A stretch of DNA of 64,000 nucleotides from Candidatus Zixiibacteriota bacterium (GCA_022865345.1 JALHSU010000194.1:9249-73248), one strand, 5' to 3'. Counted from the first letter of the stretch, positions 18,125 through 27,754 are shown. Numbers and translations are program-made. Notes: generated by a model not told the origin, from the sequence alone.

Positions 18125-18901
18125 TCAAGCCTTATGTTCTACGCCAGATTTTAGTTTTGTGTTTGCCAGGTATTCTTCCATCTGCAAAAGCTCAGAAGTC
18201 GAGTTAACCCCTTTAGTCTCCCAGGGATTTTGAACTCTCAGGGCTTCAACCTTTTCTCCCCCTCTTTTTAATATCCCCAGCACATCGGTAATATAATATT
18301 CTTTTTGAAGATTATCCCTTTTTACTTTCTTTAGAGCGGAGAAGAGCGCTGGAGCAGAAAAGCACATCTCTCCAGTATTGATCTCCCTGATCTTTTTCTC
18401 CTCCGGGGTAGCATCTTTATCCTCTACTATCCTCTCGAAATCCCCATTTTTATTTCTGACAATCCGCCCATACCCTTTAGGGTCCTCTAAGACTGCTGTG
18501 AGGACTGTGGCTTTTGCTTTTTTCTGCTGATGGGTTTTCAGAAGTTCAATTACGGTTTCAGTTTGAAGCAGGGAGACATCTCCGCAGAGAACTAAGAGCT
18601 CTCCGTCGAAATCATGAAAAATAGGTTCCGCCTGCATAACCGCATGCCCGGTGCCCAGCTGCTCTTTCTGCCAGACAACCTCCACATCTTTCCCTTTCAC
18701 AAAATCGATTACTTTTTCCCCTTGATAACCAACCACCACTGCTACCCTTTTTAAATTTAGACTGAGAACTGTGTCCAGAACATACCCTATAAGAGGTTTT
18801 CCGCTTAAAGTGTGCAGAACCTTGGGGAGATCAGATTTCATCCTGACCCCCTTGCCAGCAGCTAAAATTATACAGGAGACCTTGTTTAAGTCAAGATTCA
18901 T
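18125..18901 (-). CDS. sugar-1-phosphate nucleotidyltransferase resembling the GlmU N-terminal uridyltransferase domain, without the LbH acetyltransferase half
   Basis: LAAGKGxRMKSDLPKVLH motif of GlmU/MobA-like nucleotidyltransferases. At 258 aa it has no hexapeptide-repeat domain. Confidence 0.65.
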   Translation of the reverse strand: MNLDLNKVSCIILAAGKGVRMKSDLPKVLHTLSGKPLIGYVLDTVLSLNLKRVAVVVGYQGEKVIDFVKGKDVEVVWQKEQLGTGHAVMQAEPIFHDFDGELLVLCGDVSLLQTETVIELLKTHQQKKAKATVLTAVLEDPKGYGRIVRNKNGDFERIVEDKDATPEEKKIREINTGEMCFSAPALFSALKKVKRDNLQKEYYITDVLGILKRGGEKVEALRVQNPWETKGVNSTSELLQMEEYLANTKLKSGVEHKA

Positions 18902-19252
18902 TTATTTTTGGGATTTATTATTCTTATCGACGTAAACTACCCTGGGCTTGAATTTTTCTGCCTCTTTCTTTTCCATCCAGGAATAGGAGATTACGATTAA
19001 AATATCTCCGATTTCGCCCAATCTCGCCGCAGGTCCATTCAGGCAGATTATCCCGGAATTCGATTTGCCTGGAATGACGTAAGTTTCAAACCTGGCTCCA
19101 TTATTGATGTTGACCACCTGAACTAACTCATAGGGTATCATATCCGCTTTCTTTAAAAGGGTCTGATCTACAGTTAGACTTCCCTCGTAGTTCAGATTTG
19201 CATCGGTAACTTTAACCCTATGGATTTTCGATTTACAAACCGCTATTAACAT
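18902..19252 (-). CDS. panD: aspartate 1-decarboxylase
   Basis: [29 protein letters not shown]... is the PanD family N-terminus, including the pyruvoyl-forming G-S site. Confidence 0.9.
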   Translation of the reverse strand: MLIAVCKSKIHRVKVTDANLNYEGSLTVDQTLLKKADMIPYELVQVVNINNGARFETYVIPGKSNSGIICLNGPAARLGEIGDILIVISYSWMEKKEAEKFKPRVVYVDKNNKSQK

Positions 19253-19269
19253 AAGATTCCTTTAAAAAT

Positions 19270-20118
19270 TTAGACACAGATCTTGAGATTATCGATTAAT
19301 CTGGTTTTACCAAATTTTACAGCTAAAGAGAGTAAAAGTTCCCCTTTAATTTTTCTAACCGGCTCAAGAGTCTGAGTATCAGTAAGTGCGATATAATCTA
19401 TTTTTGCCAGAGGCATTTGCTGTATCATCTCTGTCATCTTTTTTATTACCTTCAGGGGATTTTTTTCACCAGCCTTTATCATCTTTTCCCCCAACTTTAA
19501 AGACTGGTACAGGATTTTAGCCTGGTCTCTCTCCTCGGCATTAAGATAACTATTTCTGGAGGAACAGGCAAGCCCATCTTTTTCTCTTACAGTCGGACAT
19601 ACGATTATTTTCACAGGAAAGTTCAGGTCTTCTGTCATTTTTTTGATGATAAGTGCCTGCTGAGCATCCTTTTGACCGAATATGGCATAATCCGGTTGAA
19701 CAATATTAAATAACTTTGCTACAATAGTGCAGACCCCCTTGAAATGCCCGGGTCTGGATGCTCCTTCTAATTTCTTGGACAACTCTTCAACATTGACATA
19801 GGTGAGATACCCCTCTGGATAAATATCTTCCACTCTTGGAACGAAAATAAGGTCACATCCCGCTTGCTGGAGTAATTCCTTGTCTTTTCTTAAATCCCTC
19901 GGGTATTTTTTGTAATCCTCCTTAGGCTTAAACTGAGCAGGATTAACAAAAATACTGGCCACCACAAAATCCCCTAACTTTCTGGCTTTTTGAACCAGAC
20001 TCAAATGACCTTGATGCAAAGCCCCCATAGTCGGCACAAAGGAGATTTTCTTGCCCTTCTTTTTTAAGGAAAGTGCACATTCCTGCATTTTTTTAGGGGA
20101 GGAGATCAAGTGTATCAT
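19270..20118 (-). CDS. panC: pantoate--beta-alanine ligase
   Basis: PTMGALHQGHLSLV HIGH-type motif. The track ORF begins at 20181, but the extension overlaps the HepT remnant and looks unlikely, so M at 20118 is preferred. Confidence 0.85.
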   Translation of the reverse strand: MIHLISSPKKMQECALSLKKKGKKISFVPTMGALHQGHLSLVQKARKLGDFVVASIFVNPAQFKPKEDYKKYPRDLRKDKELLQQAGCDLIFVPRVEDIYPEGYLTYVNVEELSKKLEGASRPGHFKGVCTIVAKLFNIVQPDYAIFGQKDAQQALIIKKMTEDLNFPVKIIVCPTVREKDGLACSSRNSYLNAEERDQAKILYQSLKLGEKMIKAGEKNPLKVIKKMTEMIQQMPLAKIDYIALTDTQTLEPVRKIKGELLLSLAVKFGKTRLIDNLKICV

Positions 20119-20174
20119 TTTAAATTGGTTCCATAACTTCAATGAGTAGCGAGGAGATAGGTATGAGGGATAAA

Positions 20175-20384
20175 TCACCACTCGATTTGTGGATATCTCT
20201 GTTTTATTTCAGACGGAATGTTCTTGGTTGCTTCACCGATTATCTCCAGGTTCCTTATAACTGCGTCGATCAGCATCTGATTGCTGGTAAATTCCTCAAA
20301 CGACTTGCCCTTCACATACTCCAGAATTCTCTTGGCGCAATCCCGTATGTCGGTGATAAAGAGCACATAATCCCTTTTAGGCAT
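20175..20384 (-). pseudogene. hepT: HepT (DUF86) toxin remnant, C-terminally truncated before the Rx4HxY catalytic motif
   Basis: 69 aa matching the DUF86 N-terminal two-thirds (...SFEEFTSNQMLIDAVIRNLEIIGEATKNIPSEIKQRYPQIEW*). The stop falls directly after the conserved P-x-I-(P/E)-W. None of the three downstream frames continues the family sequence. Confidence 0.7.
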
Positions 20385-20688
20385 AAACCGCCTCCGATAA
20401 AATTCTACTTTTTATTTCATCTCTGATCGCAGTTTTAATAACCAGATCTACCTTTGACCCGATGATCTCCTCCAGGAAGAACTTCAGCTCCATATAACGG
20501 TCGAAAGTTTTATAGCCTGGCTCAAATTCAACCAGTATATCTACATCGCTTGACCTCTTCTGCTCTTCCCGAACGTAAGAACCAAAAACACCTATCTCTT
20601 TCATCTTGAATTTATTCCTTAGATCGGCATTATGCTTTTTCAAAATGCTAACCAATTCCTTTATGGATTTTGTTTTCTTGTTTCTCAT
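20377..20688 (-). CDS. mnt: MNT-type nucleotidyltransferase (cognate antitoxin of HepT)
   Basis: GVFGSYVREEQKRSSDVDILVEF is the minimal nucleotidyltransferase GS...D-x-D motif. It overlaps hepT by 8 bp. Confidence 0.75.
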   Translation of the reverse strand: MRNKKTKSIKELVSILKKHNADLRNKFKMKEIGVFGSYVREEQKRSSDVDILVEFEPGYKTFDRYMELKFFLEEIIGSKVDLVIKTAIRDEIKSRILSEAVYA

Positions 20689-20718
20689 CTTTCATCCTCC
20701 ATCAGATCTTATCAATTC

Positions 20719-21522
20719 TTAATAGCTCTCTTCTTCCGAAGGATATTTCTTAGTTTTGACATCATCTATAAAATTCTTGCACGCTTTTCTCATCTCTTTC
20801 GCCAGCTCTGTATATCTTCTCACAAATTTGGGTTTGAATTCCTCGTATAATCCTAAAATATCGTTGACCACCAGAACTTGTCCATCACAATCTATACCTG
20901 CGCCAATTCCGATGGTGGGAATTTTGAGGGTGGAGCTAATCTTTTTGGCAAGCTCTCTGGGGATACACTCTAAGACTATGGAAAAACAGCCTGCATCTTC
21001 TAATGCTTTGGCGCTTTCCAAAAGATATTCAGCTTTCTTCTCATCTTTTCCCTGCACTGAATAACCCCCGAATTTCTCAATCGACTGCGGGGTCATGCCA
21101 ATATGCCCCATCACCGGAATCCCAACCTCTATCAGCCTTTTTACAGTATCCTTCATCTCCAGACCACCCTCTATTTTGACTCCGTGCGCACCGCCCTCTT
21201 TCAAAAATCTTCCCGCATTCAAAATCGCATCCGAGACTGAAGTCTGATAGGATAAAAAAGGCATATCGCCTATTACCAGAGCTCTTTTTGCTGCTTTTGA
21301 TACCGCTTGTGTGTGATAAATCATCTGATCCATACTGATTGAAAGCGTATCCTTAGCCCCATAAAAGACCATATTGGCTGAATCACCCACCAGGATGGAA
21401 TCTATGCCGATATCATCTAAGATTTTAGCAGTGAAAAAATCGTAAGCAGTCAGAACCGCGATTTTCTCTCCTCTCTGCTTCATTTTGAGAAAAGTCTTGA
21501 CAGTCACTTTATCTTCTGGCAT
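20719..21522 (-). CDS. panB: 3-methyl-2-oxobutanoate hydroxymethyltransferase
   Basis: ...TAYDFFTAKILDDIGIDSILVGDSANMVFYG... is the PanB signature. Confidence 0.9.
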   Translation of the reverse strand: MPEDKVTVKTFLKMKQRGEKIAVLTAYDFFTAKILDDIGIDSILVGDSANMVFYGAKDTLSISMDQMIYHTQAVSKAAKRALVIGDMPFLSYQTSVSDAILNAGRFLKEGGAHGVKIEGGLEMKDTVKRLIEVGIPVMGHIGMTPQSIEKFGGYSVQGKDEKKAEYLLESAKALEDAGCFSIVLECIPRELAKKISSTLKIPTIGIGAGIDCDGQVLVVNDILGLYEEFKPKFVRRYTELAKEMRKACKNFIDDVKTKKYPSEEESY

Positions 21523-21534
21523 AAGAGTTAATCA

Positions 21535-22170
21535 CTAAGCTGCAGGCACATAATACCTGGTGCCTGGTTTTTCTTCTTTGACAATATTCACGAGGTCTTC
21601 AAATTGGCTGGGATTCTTTTGAAAATCCAGATTGTCATTTTTTACCACTAATAAATTACCTAAGTTATAATGGAAAAAGAAATGGTTATACGATTCCACT
21701 AAGAGTGAAATATATTCCAAATCTAAGCCTTTTTCAAAATCTCTTCCCTTTTCCTTTATCCTCTTTTGTAAAACCTCCGGACTGGTTTGCAAATATATCA
21801 CCAGATCAGGCCTGGGAATATCCTTTTCCAGAATAGGCAGGATCTTCTCATACAGATAAAGCTCCTTCTGGCTCAAGTTGATCGAGGCGAAGATCCGGTC
21901 CTTCCAGAAAAGGTAATCGCTTATCACCTTAGCATGGAAAAGGTCTAATTCCAGCAAACTTTGCTGCTGTTTGAACCTGGAAAGAAGGAAATAGACCTGG
22001 GTTTGAAAAGCAAACCTCTTCCGGTTTTTGTAAAAATCCAATAAGAAGGGGTTCTCCTCTATCTCCTCTAAAACCAGAGAAGCTCCAAACCTCTCAGCTA
22101 AAAGTTGTGCTAAGCCGGTCTTCCCAGCACCTATTGCTCCCTCCACTACTATGTAGTTTAAACCTGCCAT
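21535..22170 (-). CDS. deoxynucleoside kinase (dAK/dGK/dCK family)
   Basis: P-loop EGAIGAGKT and overall dNK-family layout. 211 aa. Confidence 0.7.
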   Translation of the reverse strand: MAGLNYIVVEGAIGAGKTGLAQLLAERFGASLVLEEIEENPFLLDFYKNRKRFAFQTQVYFLLSRFKQQQSLLELDLFHAKVISDYLFWKDRIFASINLSQKELYLYEKILPILEKDIPRPDLVIYLQTSPEVLQKRIKEKGRDFEKGLDLEYISLLVESYNHFFFHYNLGNLLVVKNDNLDFQKNPSQFEDLVNIVKEEKPGTRYYVPAA

Positions 22171-22658
22171 TTGACCTCAGATAATTTTACCTCCTGACCT
22201 GTCTTTATTTTTTGCAGAAACATCTTAGGAGTTAAATGCAGAGCCGGATGTTTCCATCTTGAACCCAGCTCGATCAACGGTATTAGGACAAATCTTCTTT
22301 TGTGCATCTGTGGATGAGGAAGCGTTAGCTTATCATCATTAATAACCATCTTGTCATAAAGGAGTATATCCAGATCTACTTTTCTCGGACCCCATCTTTT
22401 TCCTCTAACCCTGCCTAACTTCCTTTCTATCCCTTGAAGAAGATAAAGCAGAGATAAAGGCGGGAGTTTAGTCTTGATTTTAATTACCGCATTCAAAAAC
22501 CAGCTCTGATCCTTGAAACCAACCGGCTCAGTCTCATAGATAGAAGAGGTTTTAAGGACTTTAACCATTTTCAGATTCTTAATCTCTTTCAAAGCCTGGT
22601 TCAAGTTCCTTTTCTTATCTCCTAAATTTGAGCCCAGGCACAGATAAGCAATTGCCAA
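22158..22658 (-). CDS. folK: 2-amino-4-hydroxy-6-hydroxymethyldihydropteridine diphosphokinase
   Basis: MAIAYLCLGSNLGD...DLDILLYD is the HPPK signature. Confidence 0.85.
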   Translation of the reverse strand: MAIAYLCLGSNLGDKKRNLNQALKEIKNLKMVKVLKTSSIYETEPVGFKDQSWFLNAVIKIKTKLPPLSLLYLLQGIERKLGRVRGKRWGPRKVDLDILLYDKMVINDDKLTLPHPQMHKRRFVLIPLIELGSRWKHPALHLTPKMFLQKIKTGQEVKLSEVKWQV

Positions 22659-22732
22659 TTATCTTGCTCCTTTAATTTGATCTAACCTGATGTTCGGGTG
22701 GAGATAAACTCCACCTCTACGTGTCTTCTGTT

Positions 22733-23095
22733 TCAGACTTCCTTTCTTCTTTCTATCTCTACCTCGATATCATCTAAGTTTCCAGGAACCGGAGGTATCT
22801 TTTTCCTCACCCTGACCTTTACCAGGTCAGGTTTGAATTTAGTCAGGACCTCATCAGCTATCCGGCTGGCAACTGCTTCTATAAGGGAAAAACGCTCTCC
22901 GGTCATAATATCATGAACTGTCTGGTAAACTTCCTTATAATTGACAGTGTCTTTGAGTCTGTCGCTTTGCTCTGCTCTGGAAAGATCAAGGAAAAGCTCC
23001 AAATCCACCTCAAATCTCCTGCCAGTCTCCTTTTCCGCAGGTGAGACCCCGTGAAACCCGTAGAAGATCATATTGTGCAGTCTGATTATGCCCAT
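22733..23095 (-). CDS. folB: dihydroneopterin aldolase
   Basis: ...MIFYGFHGVSPAEKETGRRFEVDLEL... is of the FolB family. Confidence 0.85.
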   Translation of the reverse strand: MGIIRLHNMIFYGFHGVSPAEKETGRRFEVDLELFLDLSRAEQSDRLKDTVNYKEVYQTVHDIMTGERFSLIEAVASRIADEVLTKFKPDLVKVRVRKKIPPVPGNLDDIEVEIERRKEV

Positions 23096-23099
23096 ATCT

Positions 23100-24317
23100 T
23101 TAACTGCGGTATCTTTTTTGCCAGAAGTGGGAATGCTCTCTTATCCTTTCCCCTGCCTCTTTGAGTTTCTCCTCCGGCTGGTTCAAGCAGAGCCGGATAA
23201 ATCCCTCTCCCGGTCCTCCATATTCGATACCCGGAGAAGCTATCACCCCGGTCTTTCTCAAAAGCATCCGGCAAAACCCCAGGGAAGAATATCTTCCAGG
23301 TATTTGTGCCCAAAAAAAGGGAGTGGCTTTTGGTTTTCTTGCTCTCCAGCCCAGACTCAAGAGGAGCTCGGTCATCACATCTCTTCTAACTTTGTATTCC
23401 TGTTTGTTTCGGCTTATTATCGGGTCGTATTCTTCCAAAAGGACCTCAGCCAGTTTGAGCAGAAGCCGGTTGGGCTGGTGATTGAAAAGCCTGCTCTGGG
23501 ATTCCAGACCTGAGATCATCTCCTTATCACCCACTATAAAACCGCAATCTATGCCAGAGAGTCCCGTGCCTTTGGAAAGCGAATGCAGTTCCACTCCAAC
23601 CCTTCTTCCGCCTTCTGCCTGCATCAGGCTGGGGGGTCCGAAGTTGGATCCATAGGATTGAAACTCCTCAAAATAGATCTCATTGTAAGATGCATCCTGC
23701 ACTACTCTGATGTTATTTTTCAAAGCTACTTCTGCCAGCTCTTTATAGAAAAAAAGGTCGGCTAAGGAGCCTGTGGGGTTATGTGGATAATTTAAGAAGA
23801 AAAACTTCCTCTCGTCTTTGTTCTTATTCTTCAGAAGTCCCAGATTCGGCAGGTAATCATTCCTTTCTAACAGTGGAAGGACCTCTATCTCCCCTTCAGC
23901 TAAAAGTGCACAGCCTTTATAAAGCTGAGCCGCGGGCTCGCATACAAAAATCTTATCCTCTGGATTTATGAAAGAAAGCGCAAGCTGGGTCAGGGTTTCC
24001 CTTTTACCGGAGTAAAAGAAGATCTCGGTTTTAGGATTCAGCGAAACTCCATATCTTTTTTTAAACCAGAAAGAAAAAAGCTCTTTTACTTTGAAGATTT
24101 CCTCTTTCTCCGCATAGCCGAAGTTCTTCTTGTCCTGGAGAAAAGGCAAAATCTTCTGAACAGAGCCTGGTAATGGCAGGGCCGGATCGAATCGGCCTAA
24201 ATCGATTATCTCTACTCCCTTTTTATCCAGCCTTTTTAAAACCCGGTTGAAATCAAATAAAGGATAGGGCGGAACCTTCTCCAGTCTAACTGCTTTTTCG
24301 ATTAAGACTTTTCTCAT
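23100..24317 (-). CDS. PLP-dependent aminotransferase, class I/II
   Basis: 405 aa of fold-type I. The ...HSLSKGTGLSG... segment carries the putative PLP lysine. Confidence 0.6.
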   Translation of the reverse strand: MRKVLIEKAVRLEKVPPYPLFDFNRVLKRLDKKGVEIIDLGRFDPALPLPGSVQKILPFLQDKKNFGYAEKEEIFKVKELFSFWFKKRYGVSLNPKTEIFFYSGKRETLTQLALSFINPEDKIFVCEPAAQLYKGCALLAEGEIEVLPLLERNDYLPNLGLLKNKNKDERKFFFLNYPHNPTGSLADLFFYKELAEVALKNNIRVVQDASYNEIYFEEFQSYGSNFGPPSLMQAEGGRRVGVELHSLSKGTGLSGIDCGFIVGDKEMISGLESQSRLFNHQPNRLLLKLAEVLLEEYDPIISRNKQEYKVRRDVMTELLLSLGWRARKPKATPFFWAQIPGRYSSLGFCRMLLRKTGVIASPGIEYGGPGEGFIRLCLNQPEEKLKEAGERIREHSHFWQKRYRS

Positions 24318-24946
24318 ATCATTTTCAGCTTTTTTAACTTTTCTAAGGACTCATCAGAAAGTTCCTCAGACTTTCCCAAAATTTTACATAATAGATTGAT
24401 TTTAGCCAAATGCTCGACCATCTCCAGACGGTTGTAAGCTTCATATATATCTTTTCCTAAAGTCAAGACCCCATGATTCTCCAATAAAAAGGCATTATGC
24501 TTTTCTATAAACGGAGAAAGAGAGTTTGGCACTTCCTCAGTTGTCGGAGTGGCATAAGGTGTCAATGGGATCTTCCCCAAGAACATTATCACCTCAGGCA
24601 GCAGATTTTGGGATAAAGGTAAATGAGCGCAGGCAAAAGCCAAAGAATAAGGAGCATGGGCATGCACAGCCGCATTGATATCTTTTCTTTTTTGATAGAC
24701 GAATAACTGCATTCTAAGCTCAGAAGAAGGCTCTAAATTTCCGGAGACTTTCTTTCCTTTCAAGTCCACTACCACTAAGTCGTTATCTTTAAGAAACCCT
24801 TTGTTCTTGCCAGCAGGAGTGACCAGGATTCTATTCTCACCCAGCCGGATACTCATATTCCCTTCAGACGCCACCACATATCCTTTTTGATTCATCCTTT
24901 TCCCGATTTCGACTATTTCTTTCTTGGCTTTGAGAATAGAGTTCAT
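24314..24946 (-). CDS. class II aldolase/adducin-family protein
   Basis: ...GYVVASEGNMSIRL...AAVHAHAPYSLAFA is a class II aldolase signature with Zn-ligand histidines. Confidence 0.75.
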   Translation of the reverse strand: MNSILKAKKEIVEIGKRMNQKGYVVASEGNMSIRLGENRILVTPAGKNKGFLKDNDLVVVDLKGKKVSGNLEPSSELRMQLFVYQKRKDINAAVHAHAPYSLAFACAHLPLSQNLLPEVIMFLGKIPLTPYATPTTEEVPNSLSPFIEKHNAFLLENHGVLTLGKDIYEAYNRLEMVEHLAKINLLCKILGKSEELSDESLEKLKKLKMI

Positions 24947-25145
24947 AATTTTCCGGAGAGAATATTAAAGATTCGACTGCCCGAATTTTAGTCCACAGGA
25001 CAGAAAGATGATAATAGCTCCCTTTTTCTTAGTCAAGATAAATCTGATGAAGAAGTAGGGGCACGTTGCAACGTGCCCCCACGATCCCACTCAGAAAGCA
25101 GATTGCTTCGTAGTCTAAATGGACTCCTCGCAATATCAGATGATC

Positions 25146-25568
25146 TCATTTTTGTAACGAACTCAAAATCTCTTTTTCTAAAGTATATAATTTAAACCTC
25201 AAATTCTTAAATTGCTCTGCTGAGCCTTTTTTTATGATTTTCCCGAACTCTTCTAAAACCCTCAAAGCCTCTTCAGCTCTTCTCAAATTCGCCTGGACAA
25301 TCGCTTTTACATCCTTCCTTTTCCCTTCGTGTAGACCCATGCCCTTAGCTCCCAAATCACCCTGACTGTCACGGCATTGAAGAAGGAGTTTCTGATCGAA
25401 ATTCTCCTGCGAGATTTTAGTTAGTTTATGGCGCAGGTTTTTCAGCCCCTTGGAGAGTTTTTCATCCTCCCACATGAACCTGGCAACCTCTTCCACTACT
25501 CGTAGACCTTCCCGCGCCCGGTTCAGGTTAGCATCAATGATTCTGTAGATATTTTCTTGGTCTTTCAT
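25146..25568 (-). CDS. hypothetical protein with internal duplicated helix motif (A-N-L-x-R-A-x-E-x-L-R-V-x-E-E)
   Basis: IDANLNRAREGLRVVEEVARF and IVQANLRRAEEALRVLEEFGKI are repeated within its 140 aa. Confidence 0.45.
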   Translation of the reverse strand: MKDQENIYRIIDANLNRAREGLRVVEEVARFMWEDEKLSKGLKNLRHKLTKISQENFDQKLLLQCRDSQGDLGAKGMGLHEGKRKDVKAIVQANLRRAEEALRVLEEFGKIIKKGSAEQFKNLRFKLYTLEKEILSSLQK

Positions 25569-25699
25569 CTTGTTTCGTGCCGTAGATAGGTAGCGTCCTC
25601 ACTCCCGTGAAGACGATCTTCGTTGCCTGAGCAAACCCCCGTAGGGCAGGAGAGGCAACACTACGGTCTTCTCAATCGATAAGCCCGAGAACCGAGCAA

Positions 25700-26419
25700 C
25701 TACGAGCCTCTAACCAGCCGGCCGTCACTTAAAACTGGAAGAATTTGCAGAGAATTAACCTCAGAGCACAGTTGCAAATCCTTTTCAAAACCTAATTCGA
25801 TAAGATACCTTCCGTGTGAGGATTTTTTCAGCATTTCCAGAAGGTTACCTTTATATATTTCGTACAATTTAAGCGCAGCATAAGCCGCATCATTCAACTG
25901 GCGAACATCCTTATTAACAAAAGCGTCAATATATAGCCCTCCGCAGACTGCATCCTCGATTGAGAACTGATCCAGCTTACCTGAGCAGATGATCGAAAGG
26001 TCATTTAAGTTAGAATTAAGATGTTCTGCAACAGTCTGGAAATTCACAAAGGAGCCTACTGCAAGAGAAAGACCGACTGCTCCCTTAACAATAGCTTTTG
26101 AACCATTGGTGGTGGCGAAAATCAGGGTCTTATCTTTTATCTTTTCAGCCTCATACTCAAAAGGAGAGTTTCCCAGGTCAAAACCCTCGATCTTTTTACC
26201 CTCCCGCTCCCCGCAAAGAAGAGCCGCATCCCTGCCTATTTTCCTGGAAAGCTCAATCGCCGTATCCATTGAGCTGGTGGGGATGATATCTTTGCACCCG
26301 TTGTGAAAAGCATAGGCGATGGTGGTAGAAGCCCTTAGCACGTCTATCACTAAAACAGCTTGATTATTTAATTCCTCCTCTTTAACTTCATTTGGAGTAA
26401 AAAACAGGTCAATTTTCAT
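25700..26419 (-). CDS. comB: 2-phosphosulfolactate phosphatase family protein (ComB-like)
   Basis: ...AVLVIDVLRASTTIAYAF... is the ComB-family hallmark. 239 aa. Confidence 0.75.
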   Translation of the reverse strand: MKIDLFFTPNEVKEEELNNQAVLVIDVLRASTTIAYAFHNGCKDIIPTSSMDTAIELSRKIGRDAALLCGEREGKKIEGFDLGNSPFEYEAEKIKDKTLIFATTNGSKAIVKGAVGLSLAVGSFVNFQTVAEHLNSNLNDLSIICSGKLDQFSIEDAVCGGLYIDAFVNKDVRQLNDAAYAALKLYEIYKGNLLEMLKKSSHGRYLIELGFEKDLQLCSEVNSLQILPVLSDGRLVRGS

Positions 26420-26437
26420 ACCTAGGCAGTCCTCAGC

Positions 26438-27535
26438 TTATTTATGAGTGAAGTTTTTATAAAAGGGCGGCTTGGTGACTTTTGCCAGATAGTCTTTACC
26501 ACGGATGTTTATATTCAGGTCTGCCCCTACCTCAGAGGATTGAATGTCGACATACCCTAAACCAATCCCCTTTTCCAGAGAGGGTGAAAAGGTGCCGGAT
26601 GTCACTTCACCTATCTTTTTTCTGTTTTTTTCTATCTGGTAATGCTGTCTGGGAAAGGCTCTATCAGAAAGCTCAAAGGCAACCAGTTTTCTTTTTAACC
26701 CTTCCTTCTGTAACTTTATGGTCGGCTCTTTTCCAACAAAATCCCCCTTGTCCAGTTTAACTATCCAGCCCAGACCTGCCTCCAGAGGATTTGTGGTTTG
26801 GTCAATATCGTTCCCATACAGCATATATTTCATCTCCAGTCTCAAGGAATCCCTGGCACCCAAACCAATCGGCTCAATTCCAAATTCCTCTCCAGCTTGC
26901 ATAATCGAATCCCAGAAATGTTCGCCGTATTCATTCGGCATATAAAGCTCAAAACCATCCTCACCTGTATAACCTGTTCGGGAGAAAAGTATTTCTTTGC
27001 CTGCAACCTTTCCTCTGGCTGCCCAGTAATATTTGATCTTTTTCAGATCAACATCAGTTAACTTTGACATCACTTTCTCTGCGACTGGTCCCTGAATAGC
27101 TAAAAGCGCAGTCTGGTCACTTATATTTTCCAATTTCACGTCCCCGAACAAATGCTCTTTTAGCCAGTTGAAATCCTTTTCAATATTGGATGCATTCACG
27201 ACCAGGAAGAAACGGTCAGGCAATCTGTAGACTAAAAGGTCATCCACGATCCCGCCATCCTCATAGCACATACAGGAATATTGGACCTGATAATCAGATA
27301 ATTTGGACACATCGTTTGTGGTTGTCTTTTGCAGAAAAGCGAGTGCATCCTTACCCTTAACTTCGAACTCCCCCATATGGGTGATGTCAAAAAGCCCCAC
27401 AGTTGACCTGACCCTGCGGTGCTCCTCCATTATCCCTTTAAACTGGATCGGCATCCAGTAACCGGCAAACTCCACTATTTTGGCATTGTTTTTAAGATGG
27501 ATCTGGTAAAACGGGGTCTTTTTTGGCTCAGACAT
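26438..27535 (-). CDS. gcvT: glycine cleavage system aminomethyltransferase T
   Basis: ...YWMPIQFKGIMEEHRRVRSTVGLFDITHMGEFEV... Start taken at MSEPKK; the track ORF begins 22 codons earlier. Confidence 0.88.
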   Translation of the reverse strand: MSEPKKTPFYQIHLKNNAKIVEFAGYWMPIQFKGIMEEHRRVRSTVGLFDITHMGEFEVKGKDALAFLQKTTTNDVSKLSDYQVQYSCMCYEDGGIVDDLLVYRLPDRFFLVVNASNIEKDFNWLKEHLFGDVKLENISDQTALLAIQGPVAEKVMSKLTDVDLKKIKYYWAARGKVAGKEILFSRTGYTGEDGFELYMPNEYGEHFWDSIMQAGEEFGIEPIGLGARDSLRLEMKYMLYGNDIDQTTNPLEAGLGWIVKLDKGDFVGKEPTIKLQKEGLKRKLVAFELSDRAFPRQHYQIEKNRKKIGEVTSGTFSPSLEKGIGLGYVDIQSSEVGADLNINIRGKDYLAKVTKPPFYKNFTHK

Positions 27536-27703
27536 ATAGAATCCTTTGAAAGATTTTAAAATATACTTGTGTTCTGTCAGGAGTAGCTCCTGACAGAACA
27601 CAAAAACTCAAGCGGATAATATAAATAAAAAAAATTTAAAGTGGAATTTTTTTTGAGAATTTTTTACAGCGTTGTCACTCCAGTGACAACGTAATGACAT
27701 TTT

Positions 27704-27752
27704 GAGTTGTTCGATTCATCGAGCAAAACTCCCAATAAACTGGGCAACTACA
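27704..27752. repeat. TIR-family T element, copy 1 (degenerate left arm gagttgt...; tcgattcatcgag and cccaataaactggg hairpins; gcaactaca right arm)
   Basis: Aligns with 40595-40745 and 47623-47692. Confidence 0.55.
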
Positions 27753-27754
27753 GG

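Noticed and set aside
25569-25699. TPP riboswitch upstream of the 25146..25568 gene
   Set aside because: No CUGAGA/ACCC-GAACCUGAUC core could be found on the transcribed strand, and the thiamine-related identity of the downstream gene is only a vague recollection.
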